From Squalus acanthias (Eukaryota): 64,000 nucleotides of DNA. The notes beneath the pieces are model-generated. The model worked only from the letters and a program-made list of their open reading frames with translations, did not search any database and was not told the DNA's origin. The stretch covers positions 166,348,001 through 166,412,000 of the forward strand of contig CM059425.1 of the NCBI GenBank assembly GCA_030390025.1, read 5' to 3'. Positions 34,853 through 46,145 of the stretch are shown here, piece by piece. Both the position numbers and the translations under genes were made by a program. Every line of letters starts with the position of its first letter. The stretch's first letter is position 1.

Positions 34853-35794
34853 ATGTGTTACTGCTGCAATATGTGGGAGCTGGTGGACACCATTGATGTT
34901 CACGGTGAACACATTTGCAGTAAGTGTTGGCTGCTCGAGGAACTCCGGCTCCGTGTTGATGAGCTGGAGTCCGAGCTTCAAACACTGCGACACATCAGGG
35001 AGGGGGAGAGTTACCTGGACTCCGTGTTTCAGGAGGTAGTCACACCAATTAGAGTAACTAATTCAGAAGTAGCCCGTGGTCAGGGACAGGAAGGTGTGAC
35101 TACGAGTGAGGCAGGTACAGGGATCCAGGAGGTAGTGTTGGAGGAGCCGCAGCCCTTGCTCTTGTCCAACAGGTTCGAGGCTCTTACTCCCTGTGTGGAT
35201 AGGAGCGGGGACTGCAGGGAGGATGAGCAACCTGGCCACAGCACCGTGGTAAGGAGAGCCATTCAAGTGGGGGGAGTAAAAAGAAATGTTGTAGTGGTAG
35301 GGGATAGTATCATTAGGGGGATAGATAGGGTTCTTTGCAGCCAAGAGCGAGAGTCCCGAAGGCTGTGTTGCCTGCCCGGTGCCAGGGTTAAGGACATCTC
35401 CTCTGGGCTGGAGAGAAACTTGGAGTGGGAGGGGGAGGATCCAGTTGTCGTGGTCCATGTTGGTACCAATGACATAGATAGGACAAGGAAAGAGGTTCTG
35501 CTGAGGGAGTTTGAGCAGCTAGGGGCCAAATTAAGAAGCAGAACATCGAGGGTAATAATCTCTGGATTACTACCTGAGCCACGAGCAAATTTGGCTAGGG
35601 TAAATAAAATCAGGGAGTTGAATGCGTGGCTCAAAGACTGGTGTGGGAAAAATGGGTTTTGCTTCTTGGGACACTGGCACCAGTACTGGGGCAGGAGAGA
35701 GCTGTTCCGTTGGGACAGACTTCACTTGGCCAGTGCTGGGACTAGTGTCCTGGCGAATCGAATAACTAGGGCTGTGGAGAGGGCTTTAAACTAA
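34853..35794 (+). CDS. CR1 ORF1p (zinc finger, leucine zipper, SGNH esterase)
   Basis: CYCC..CSKC, LRLRVDELESEL, VVGDSIIRG, HVGTND. Confidence 0.9.
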   Translation: MCYCCNMWELVDTIDVHGEHICSKCWLLEELRLRVDELESELQTLRHIREGESYLDSVFQEVVTPIRVTNSEVARGQGQEGVTTSEAGTGIQEVVLEEPQPLLLSNRFEALTPCVDRSGDCREDEQPGHSTVVRRAIQVGGVKRNVVVVGDSIIRGIDRVLCSQERESRRLCCLPGARVKDISSGLERNLEWEGEDPVVVVHVGTNDIDRTRKEVLLREFEQLGAKLRSRTSRVIISGLLPEPRANLARVNKIRELNAWLKDWCGKNGFCFLGHWHQYWGRRELFRWDRLHLASAGTSVLANRITRAVERALN

Positions 35795-35832
35795 TTAGTG
35801 GGGGGGAGGTTTCAAGAGAGCAAAAAATAAAA

Positions 35833-38784
35833 ATGACAACAGAGAGGGTCATAGACATAGGTAGCAGTAGGGGAATCACAAATCAGAGCGTGGCAGGAAG
35901 GGACAGAGTGTGTGGAGTAAAAGTTAAAGTGGTAAAAAGTGAAAAAGCAGGAACTAAGTGCCACAAAGCATATTTGAAAGTTCTCTATCTGAATGCACGT
36001 AGCATTCGTAACAAAATAGACGAGTTAATGGCACAAATAACTACATATGGTTATGATATTGTGGCCATTACAGAAACATGGCTGCAGGGTGACAATGCCT
36101 GGGAATTAAACATACCAGGTTATTTAACGATCAGGAAGGACAGGCAGGAAGGAAGGGGAGGTGGGGTGGCTGTGTTAATAAAGGAAGGAATCACTGTAAT
36201 AAAGAGTAATGATATTGGGTCAAAAAATCATGATAATGAAACAGTTTGGGTGGAGATAAGGAATAATAAGGGGAAAAAAACACTAGTGGGCGTAGTCTAT
36301 AGGCCTCCGAACAGTTGCAACTCTGTTGGATGGAGTATCAATCAGGAAATAGTTGAGGCATGTAATAAGGGAACATCTATAATTATGGGGGATTTTAACT
36401 ATCATATTAATTGGACAAATCAAATGGGGCAGGGCTGCCTTGAGGATGAGTTCATTGAGTGTATTAGGGATGGGTTTCTTGAGCAGTATGTAACTGAACC
36501 GACCAGGGGGCAAGCAACCTTAGATCTGGTCCTGTGTAACGAGACAGGATTAATTAAAAATGTCCTAGTAAAGGATCCCCTTGGAATGAGTGACCATAAC
36601 ATGGTTGAGTTCCATATTCAATTAGAGGGTGAGAAGGTTGGATCTCAAACAAGCGTGCTAAGCTTGAATAAAGGAGACTATGAAGGTATGCGAGCGGAAT
36701 TGAGTAGAGTGGATTGGGAAAATAGATTAAAGGGTAAGACGACACATGATCAGTGGTGTACATTCAAGGAGTTATTTTACAACTTCCAAAAAAAATATAT
36801 TCCACTGAAAAGAAAAGGGTGTAAAAGAAAGGACAGTCATCCGTGGCTAAGTAAAGAAATTAAGGATAGTATTCGACTAAAAACAAGGGCATATAAGGTA
36901 GCGAAATCTAGTGGGAGGACAGAGGATTGGGAAAACTTTAAAAGGCAGCAAAAAATAACAAAAAGATTGATTAAGAAAGGGAAGATAGATTATGAAAGTA
37001 AATTAGCAAAAAATATAAAAACAGATAGTAAGAGTTTTTATAGTTATATAAAAAGAAAAAGGGTGGCTAAAGTAAATGTTGGTCCCTTAGAGGATGAGAC
37101 CGGGAAATTAATGGTGGGAAATATGGAGATGGCAAAAACACTGAATGAATATTTTGTATCAGTCTTTACAGTAGAGGACACTAAGAATATCCCAACACTG
37201 GACAAACAGGGGGCTATAGGGGGAGAGGAGCTAAACACGATCAAAATCACTAAGGAAGTGGTACTCGGTAAAATAATGGGACTCAAGGCGGATAAATCAC
37301 CTGGACCTGATGGCTTACATCCTAGAGTCTTGAAGGAAGTGGCGGTAGGGATTGTAGATGCATTGGTAATAATTTTTCAAAACTCCCTGGATTCCGCTAA
37401 GGTCCCGGCAGACTGGAAAACTGCTAATGTAACACCCTTATTTAAAAAGGGCAGTAGACAGAAGGCTGGTAACTATATACCGGTTAGCCTAACATCTGTG
37501 GTAGGTAAAATTTTGGAGTCCATTATTAAGGAAACAGTAACAGGACATTTGGATAATCATAATTTAATAGGACAAAGTCAGCATGGTTTTACGAAGGGGA
37601 AGTCATGTTTGACAAATTTGCTGGAGTTCTTTGAGGAAGTAACATATAGAGTGGATAAAGGGGAACCAGTGGACGTAGTGTATTTAGACTTCCAAAAGGC
37701 ATTTGACAAGGTGCCACACAAAAGATTATTGCTTAAGGTAAAAAATCACGGGATTGGGGGTAATATTCTGGCATGGATAGAGGATTGGCTATCTAACAGA
37801 AAGCAAAGAGTTGGGATAAATGGTTCATTCTCAGACTGGCAATCAGTAACTAGTGGTGTTCCACAGGGGTCAGTGCTGGGTCCCCAACTCTTTACAATCT
37901 ATATTAACGATTTGGAGGAAGGGACCAAGTGTAACATATCAAAATTTGCAGATGGTACAAAGATGGGAGGGAAAGTAGTGAGTGAGGAGGACATAAAAAA
38001 CCTGCAAGGGGACATAGACAGGCTAAGTAAGTGAGCAGAGATTTGGCAGATGGAATACAACACTGGAAAGTGTGAGGTGATGCACTTTGGCAGGAAAAAT
38101 CCTAGAGCAATTTATTATCTTAATGGCAAGAAACTGGAGAGTACTGAAGTGCAAAGGGATCTGGGGGTCCTGGTGCACGAAACTCAAAAGGTTAGTATGC
38201 AGGTGCAGCAAGTGATTAAGAAGGCAAATGGAATGTTGGCTTTCATTGCTAGGGGGATAGAATATAAAAATAGGGAGGTATTGCTTCAGTTGTACAAGGT
38301 ATTGGTGAGACCGCACCTGGAATACTGCATACAGTTTTGGTGTCCTTACTTAAGGAAAGACATCCTTGCTCTCGAGGCAGTGCAAAAAAGGTTCACTCGG
38401 TTAATCCCGGGGATGAGGGGGTGGTCATATGAGGAGAGGTTGGGTAGATTGGGACTCTACTCATTGGAGTTCAGAAGAATGAGAGGCGATCTTATTGAAA
38501 CATATAAGATTGTGAAGGGGTTGGATCGGGTGGATGCGGGGAAGATGTTCCCGATGACGGGTGAGACTAGAACTAGGGGACATAGTCTTAGAATAAGGGG
38601 CTGCTCTTTCAAAACTGAGATGAGGAGGAACTACTTCACTCAGAGGGTGGTAGGTCCATGGAATATGCTGCCACAAAAAGCTGTAGAAGCTACATCATTA
38701 AATAAATTTAAAACAGAAATAGACAGTTTCCGAGAAGTAAAGGGCATTAAGGGTTACGGGGAGCGGGCAGGAATTTGGACATGA
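35833..38784 (+). pseudogene. CR1 ORF2p (APE + RT) with one in-frame TGA (38032-38034) and FADD changed to FADG
   Basis: The 733-aa and 244-aa ORFs are in the same frame, separated by a stop at a conserved Trp. Confidence 0.93.
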
Positions 38785-39017
38785 GTCTAGGTTCGGATCG
38801 GTCATGGCCCTGTGGGTAGTGGAGCGGGCCCAGGGACCGTGTAGCCTGATTCTGCTCCTATTTCGTGTGTGCAATTCTGTTAGATGCAGGAGATGGTTCT
38901 GTGATAGTAGATTGGCGGTTAGGATCAGATCAGCCATGATCTTATTGAATGGCGGAGCAGGCTCGAGGGGCCGATTGGCCTACTCCTGCTCCTATTTCTT
39001 ATGTTCTTATGTTCTTA

Positions 39018-39722
39018 TGTTATGTGGTCCAGCCAGATCTGGCGGTGAATGGCTAAACCAGTTGTCCGCCATATCTGTTCAAGTCTGTGTCCCTTGGACT
39101 TAAGTGAGCGAAGATGAGGGCCGTACCAGGGGGAATGGCTAGGGTGAGAGAGAGTAATGGTTTTAATAGGGATTTGGGCATCAAAGATGGTGGTGAGGGT
39201 GTGGTTGAGCAGATCGGTAGCTGCAGAAATGTTGTGGTGAATGGAGGGCCAAAGGCTGGACAGTTGGGATTTCATAAGTGCAGTTGTAAGAGAGTTGGGA
39301 GAGAGTTTTTTCCGGGGGTGGACACAGAAGGAAGTAGGGTTGGGTGGTGGGGTTTGGTGGTGGAAGGGGGATGTGGGTGGAGAGCGATACAAGGAAGTGG
39401 TCAGAGATGGCCGTATCTGCGATTGACACGATGGGTGTAGCGAGGCCGTGAGAGATGGCAAGATCAAGGTGGTGCCCATGAATATGGGTTGGGGAGTTTA
39501 CATGGAGGGAGAGATTAAGGGAGGATAGGAGGCTAGTGAACTCAGAGGAGAGAGATCATGATGAATTGAGATGGAGGTTGAAATCACCGAGGATGAGAAG
39601 TCGCTCGGTGCAGAGGTTGAGGGAGGAAATCAGTGAAGATGTCTTGGTGATAACATTTTTATGGTACTTGGGTGGGTGGTAGAAATCGAGAATTTTAAAT
39701 GAGAGGTGAGAGGGGTGGAACA
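39018..39722 (-). mobile_element. L2 LINE fragment (endonuclease region)
   Basis: LILGDFNLH, ISDHFLV, SPWYGPHLRSLKSKG..LEQIWRTTGLAIH. Confidence 0.85.
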
Positions 39723-40189
39723 AACATCTTGTTAACAGGGACGATTGAGATGCCCTCTGAATTTTAACTGCCGGCTGTCCATTTTTCAGGCCATGAGCTG
39801 AAAATCTTCCCCAATAAAAATAGTGCCACATGGGTTCTAATGATAAAATCGATTCAAAACAGCAAGTAATATAGATTTCTTCAGATATTTGTTAAACACC
39901 CTTTTAGATTGCAGTAAAACCAGGAAGTATTAACTAAGCACTTAACTCTCATTGGGATCAATTTTCATTTCAGGTGCAGATCAGGTGGGCAGGTTAATGA
40001 TAATTGGGTCTCATTTAAATTTGAGAGGTGAGCTGGCAGTGGTAATTATGCAGTTCATCATTTGGGAGGTTGTGAAATCCTGTGGGCCTGCCCCTTTTTA
40101 AAGCAAGCAAGCAAGCAAGTAAGTAAGCATCACTTGGAGGTGGAGTTTTCATTGCTGATGTGTGGAGCACGTATTGTGGAGTCCCAGCA

Positions 40190-41620
40190 CAATGTCGATT
40201 GCTGCAACACCCTGATTTTCTGATACTACAGTGGAGGTACTTAATGAAAACATCAGGGCCAGGCAGGAGGTCCTGTTTCCCTCAGATGGCAGGTGGGTGC
40301 CATGACAAATGTCAGGATGCATGGAGAGAGGTGGCTGAGCAGGTCAGTACCAGAACTTGGTTGTAGTGCTGGAAAAAATGTAATGACCTTACAGGACTGC
40401 CATGGTAAGACTCTTCTTCACATCTCTCTTACTCTGAATACAGCCCTCCAACACCACAGTTCCCTCCAGCGCTAGCAATCCTTCCCTTCTCTGCTGCACA
40501 AGCCTATTTTCCATTCATAACAGGGCACTTTGCTACACCTCCTTCTGCTTACACTCACATTCAACACCTACTACTGTCCTCAAAACTGGCACAAATGACA
40601 ATCTATTTTTTTTTATCTTGTTTGGACTTTGATTAATTCTCACACTTTTGTTCATTTCTTTGGTACTTCGCACCATTTCAACCAACAACATCTCCCTCTT
40701 GCTGGCACTTGCTGCTGCTTCCTCTCAGCTTGCATTCTATTTTAAACTGTTTCACACATCTTCGCAACCCTTTCACAGGCCACACACTAACCCACTCCCA
40801 CACTTTCTGCAGGACAGGCTTGCACAGAACACCAGGGAGACTGGAAGAACTGGCGGCGGTGCCGTCATGATGTGAACTCTCACTCCAATGGAGGATGCCA
40901 CCATCAACATCAGAGGGAGGAGACGCAGCATTGAAAATGGTGAGGCTGGAAGCCTTGCACAGCAGGGTGTTTGTCCATTTTCCCTTCCTTTACTCTCTAG
41001 CACAAATGCACACTTGCACGCACAAACAGCATAGTACATTGGGGCTGCATTGCGCTTCCACTTGTCTGCTTGCCCTTGACATTGCATCCTAACCCTTGTA
41101 ACTCTGTACATTTTCTATGTCCTTCTGATGACTCAGGCCCTGCACAGATGGGGAGGGGTGCTACCCTCCTGCAGGTGCACTGTCACTTGCTCATACCACC
41201 CCAAGCGCCAGCACAAACATCAGCAACCCGGGTGGGATAGATAGTGAGTTAAAGGAGTCTGCACAGGGTGACCAACTAACAGAAATGGCTTGCCAAAAGG
41301 TAGGTTTGGGTCCTAGCTCTGCTGAAGAAGACAGCGACACAGACTTTAGGGGCCCAGCCTTCAAAAGGTAAATGTTTTCTGCACACCAGCAATTGCTTAA
41401 TGCATTGGATAGCCTGACAAGGAGCTACTGCCATGTATCGGAAATGGTGGCGGTGTCTGCTTCCAACTTGTTTGAGGTTCTGGCACATGGTCTTGACACT
41501 CTGCAGTTAGCCATGGAGTATGTGGTCACCATAATGCACATTGCAGCTGAGCCCTCCTTGCAGGAATCCGTGGCATCAGCATCTCTCCAGATGTCCGCAC
41601 TAGCAGCATGCAGGCTTTGG
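40190..41620 (+). pseudogene. Decayed Harbinger Myb/SANT-like accessory gene with intron remnants
   Basis: PDFSDTTVEVL..VLFPSDG..AWREVAEQVS.RTW..C.KK.NDL followed by GTAAG; next exon begins cag|DRLAQNTRETGRTGGG. Confidence 0.65.
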
Positions 41621-41627
41621 ACTCCAC

Positions 41628-41910
41628 CAGGGAATGGTAGCATAGTGGTATTGTCACTGGGCTAGTAATCCAGAGGCCTGGGGAATTTAAATAAATCTGG
41701 AATAAAAAGCTAGTGTCAGTAATGGTAATCATGAAACTATCGGATTGTCGTAAAAACCCATCTGGTTCACTAATGTCCTTTTTTAGGGAAGGATATCTGC
41801 CGTCCTTACCTGGTCTGGCCTCTGACTCCAGACCCACAGCAATGTGGTTGACTCTTAACTGCCCTCTGAAATGGCCTAGCAAGCCACTCAATTGTAACAA
41901 ACCGCTACGA
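41628..41910 (+). mobile_element. tRNA-headed SINE (second copy, lacking the head but keeping a CR1-like tail, at 45505-45815)
   Basis: Shared core AAAACCCATCTGGTTCACTAATGTCCTTT..AGGGAAGG...GAAATGGCCTAGCAAGCCA. Confidence 0.75.
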
Positions 41911-43019
41911 AACACAATAATAAGAATGGAACTTTTTATCTCCACTGTTTTCCCCACCCTCACCTGTTGGTAAGACTGGTGCATCCTGATTAATAATGTT
42001 GGCTGAAACTGGGATTTGAATCTTGCAGTTAAAAAGGTAAACAAATGATCTTCCTTGAAGATACTGAAGTGTCTCAGACCTTTACACTCTGGAGTTAGGC
42101 CAAGAACAATACACAGTTTTAACCGGATTATCCAAGTTAACAAAATTGATTGAAAATTGACAAACATGATCACTACAACTTTAAAAAATATAGATGACCT
42201 ATTTTTAAATCAAAAGGAGTAGTTGACTCTGTCACAGATTTGCCCCGCCCCTAATGCCTTCCTACAACTGTGGGGAAAGTCAGGCCTCTGACATTCTACC
42301 CCATAGTGTGCTATGAATCGGGTGGCATGCTCCAGCCAGCAGGTGGCCCGATCCAGTTCGAGGGTCAGGTCTCATCGACATATATACATATATGTGGCAA
42401 GGTGCGGGCGCCAATCGTGCCTCCCGATCCAGCTCGCCAGCTTTCGCTGATGCAGTATCAGGTGGCTTTGTCAGGAAAATGCTAGGTTAGGGAGGAGGTT
42501 GCGATTATGGAGTGGTGGAGCCTGGGTGGCAAGGCCCACAGTATTTTTGTGGAGCCTGGAGGAGCTCCGTGTTGGGGAGGGGTGGGGGCGGGGAAGAGTT
42601 AGGTGCTTTCAAGTTGAGATAGGTTTATTTATTTAGGTCAGAACCTAAAGGCAATTTAAAATCACAAAAGTCTGTTGCCGGTGTAAGATATTGTGTAGGA
42701 TTTGATTTAATCTCATATGATCAAAGTGTTTGGTTTCTTTTTACCTAATGAATGGTTAAAAGTTGTTCATTCCCAGGATGTTTTAGGGTTTGATTGGCCA
42801 GGGTACAATTTAGCTGACACTGGTTTAGGTGTTTGCTGAAATGACAGGATGTATAAAATTTGTGTCTCTTGACTTGTTTTCACGGCCACATTATGAAACA
42901 GTTAGCCAAGGCAGTCTTGTGATGGGAAATTAAACAATAGGACAGGATGGTAACAAGTTGGCATCTGTTGTTTTGAAGGAAATACATCCTTTCCGGGGAT
43001 CTTGTTCACAATAACACTT

Positions 43020-43189
43020 CAATATTCCCTCTAACTTTTTGGGGGCTGTGCAGCCCGTTAAAAGGGCTGCTCAGCCCATTCAAAAATCTGCAAATGCACG
43101 GTTTTTGCATTTAAAAGCCGGTGAGCCGGCTGTGCGAGAGCTCCAGAGCGCTGTGCGATCACGCAGCTGCGCAGCTTAAAGGGAACATC
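43020..43189. mobile_element. Small hAT-like MITE
   Basis: Imperfect TIRs CAATATTCCCTCTAA / TTAAAGGGAACATCG; no clear TSD. Confidence 0.45.
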
Positions 43190-43247
43190 GCATGACATAA
43201 TTAATTATCACTGACAGAGTTCGTGAGAAACAGACTATAAAGATCCC

Positions 43248-43850
43248 AAATAACAACAGAAAACGCTGGAAAAACTCAGCAGGCCAGGCAGCATCCGTGG
43301 AGAGAGAAAGAGAGTTACCGTTTCAGGTCGATGACCTTTCATCAGAACTGTGAAGAGCCGGAAATCAAATAGATTTAAGGCCAGAGTAAAGCTGGGAAAA
43401 GGGGGAGGGGATAAAAGAACAAAGGGGGAGATGAAGAGACATTAAGAGATATGCAAGGCTAGAGGTGGTGGTAATGTGACAGATTAAGGCTGAAAGAAGT
43501 GTGAAATCCACTGGCAGAATGAAGGACAGCTGCCAGCTTCTAGGAGGAAAAAAAAGGTGGGGGGGGGGCAAATAAAAGGGTGGAAAAAATAAAATATAAA
43601 TGTGATTGGAGCTGAGGTTATGATCTGTCTCTTCATCTCCCCCTTTGTTCTTTTATCCCCTCCCCCTTTTCCCAGCTTTACTCTGGCCTTAAATCTATTT
43701 GATTTCCGGCTCTTCACAGTTCTGACGAAAGGTCATCGACCTGAAACGTTAACTCTCTTTCTCTCTCCACGGATGCTGCCTGGCCTGCTGAGTTTTTCCA
43801 GCGTTTTCTGTTGTTATTTCAAATTTCCAGCATCCGCAGTATTTTGCTAT
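43248..43850. mobile_element. Penelope-like element relic: pLTR plus inverted pLTR
   Basis: About 190-bp inverted repeat (43248-43441 vs 43626-43819). Homologous to the ends of the GIY-YIG element at 53928-55130. Confidence 0.85.
43718..43754 (+). ncRNA. Minimal type I hammerhead ribozyme motif (Penelope pLTR)
   Basis: AGTT-CTGACGA-A-AGGTC atc GACCT-GAAA-CGTT-AACT. Confidence 0.72.
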
Positions 43851-44743
43851 CACAAAGATCCCAAGTTTTTTTTAAGCAAGTTGTAGAGAGAGTCAGGATT
43901 GGATAGGAACAATGACAAGGTTACGTCTCTACCTGGGGAAAAACACGCGGTAGTATCATTTATTTCTCTATGTCTACTGCTTTGTGATGGCCCTGAATTT
44001 CTGATCAGAAGCTTCCTGCAGGCGGGTGCCTCCGATCGGAAAAAAATCTACGAACGTACCTGCTGGTTCCGTAGATCCCGAGGCTTTCGATCCTGGGCGC
44101 CTCCTGTTGGAAATGCGCAGCGGCCCAAGTATCCCAGGGGCGCATGCGGTTCGCAAATGCCCCTGGGATCACGTGGGCCAGGCGAACCAATCAAAGAAGG
44201 GAATCTCCCTTCATACTTTTGACAGGTCTGTATGCATACAGACCTATCAAAAGTATGAATGGAGATCACATTTAAAAACACACTAAAACATTAAATTATT
44301 ATTTTTTTTTAATTACATAATTAAAATTCCATGTAATTAAATATTATGGGGGAGAAATTCGGTATCGCCCCGTTTGGGGCGCAATTATCAGCTGGGCACA
44401 AAGTTTAGCGCCTGGTGCTAATTATCGCCTTCGACTGCAAACTTGGCCTCTATCGCCCCTGGAGGTGATTTGAGCGCTAAATCAGGTGCTACACACCTCT
44501 CTTGGTGCTAACGCCGAGGAGCGAGGCGCTACCTCAGAGCGCTGGCAAAGCTCAGGTGATGTCAGTTAGCAATGGAACACAGACACACTGGCGCCAGCTA
44601 GTTCTTAAAAGGGAGGGTCAATCTTGCTCTCCAGCCACACCCTGCTCATTGCAACCTTGAATGTCGGCCTGGACAGACCTGTACATCAATTCTGCTGGAA
44701 AGAACAATGGAGAGGCCCAGGGAAAGAGCTGAGTGCAGCCCCC

Positions 44744-44821
44744 ATAGTCTCTCCTAAATCGATGCAAGGAAGGTCAAATCCAATAGTCTCTTCTAAATCG
44801 ATGCAAGGAAGGTCAAATCCA
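44744..44821. repeat. 39-bp tandem duplication
   Basis: ATAGTCTCTYCTAAATCGATGCAAGGAAGGTCAAATCCA twice. Confidence 0.9.
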
Positions 44822-44886
44822 AATGAACCTGCAAAGTGCTGCTCAGTACCCAAAACTCCTTCACACAGCATTGAATCTCTCCAGAA

Positions 44887-44906
44887 GTGTGTGTGTGTGT
44901 GTGTGT

Positions 44907-44937
<31 letters not shown>
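44887..44937. repeat. Compound microsatellite (GT)n(CT)n
   Basis: Seen directly. Confidence 0.97.
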
Positions 44938-44940
<3 letters not shown>

Positions 44941-46145
44941 GCGCGGTGCAAAAATGTCGCCAACAAAAAAAGGCAGGAAGTAGCCGCCATTAAATAGCGC
45001 TCCCCCAGTCCCTTCCCGACTGCAAAACGTTCCTCCCACCTGTCGTTGCTAGCGGCAGGTGGCGCCACTCAATATCCGCTCCGGGGCATTGCACGTTTGA
45101 CTGACGTCACGATCTGCGGGCGCAGGAGATCGTGGCGGTAGTGTTTAGCGCCGCTGCAAAATGTCTGGTCAATTTAGCGCACGGCGCAAACATCGCCGCT
45201 CCCAAGCGCTAGTTGCTTTGCATCCCGTTAGCGCCTCTTAGGGCGCTAACAGGAGGCGCTAATCAACTGAATTTTTTCCCCCTAACTTTTTTTTTAAACT
45301 TAAAAAATTAAATGTTTTTACAGGGCCAAAAATAAACTTACTTTTTTAAAGAGTATTTTTAATTTATACATGAGTTATCAAATTAAATTTTTCTATTTTT
45401 CAACACTCCTAAGCTGCTAAAAGCAGGCCTTACGCTTTTACCAGGTGTAAGAATTCTATGACCTTTCAGCGGGCGGAAGTTGTGCAAAAATCCTACCACG
45501 ACAGCTGGGGAATTTAAATTCAGTTAATTAAATAAAAATCTGGAATTATTACTAGTATCAGTAATGGTAACCATGAAACTATCAGATTGTCGTAAAAACC
45601 CATCTGGTTCACTAATGTCCTTTAGGGAAGGAAATCTGCCGTCCTTTCCTGGTCTGGCCTATATGTAACTCCAGCAATGTGGCTGACTCTTAACAGCCCT
45701 CTGAAATGGCCTAGCAAGCCATTCAGCTGTAACAAACTGCTGCGAAAAACAATAAAAATTTAGGGATGAGCAATAAATGCAGCCTTGCCAGCAATGCCCA
45801 CATCCCATAAATGAATACAAAAAAAAATCGCAAGTGCTGGTTTTCAGCGCATGCGCTTCGCATGCCTGAAATCTGCATTTGCGAGGCCCCTACGGGTACG
45901 TACACACCTCGTATGCACCCATGGGGGTCGTAAAATCTGGCCCAATGTGTGTATCTGGACTTGGTCTTATACATTAAAATGGAATAGTTGCAAACCATAT
46001 TCTGGTGTCAGAAATCGAACTGTTACACCGGGTAAACACCCTTTTCAAAGTGGGCTGCTGATGAATTTAGCAGCCTTACGTCTCTGCTGAAGGATACATT
46101 GCAATGCGTGCAAAATCCCCTGTCACTTCAACACCTGCACCTTTA

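Larger units (their letters stand above)
34845..39017 (+). mobile_element. Near full-length CR1 LINE
   Basis: ORF1 34853-35794, ORF2 35833-38784, and a (TTCTTATG)n tail. Confidence 0.96.
43989..45943. mobile_element. Nested Harbinger-like MITEs (inner element 44348-45281) plus a SINE
   Basis: Outer ends GGCCCTGAATTT / AAAATCTGGCCC; inner ends GGGGGAGAAATTCGG / CTGAATTTTTTCCCC. Confidence 0.55.
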
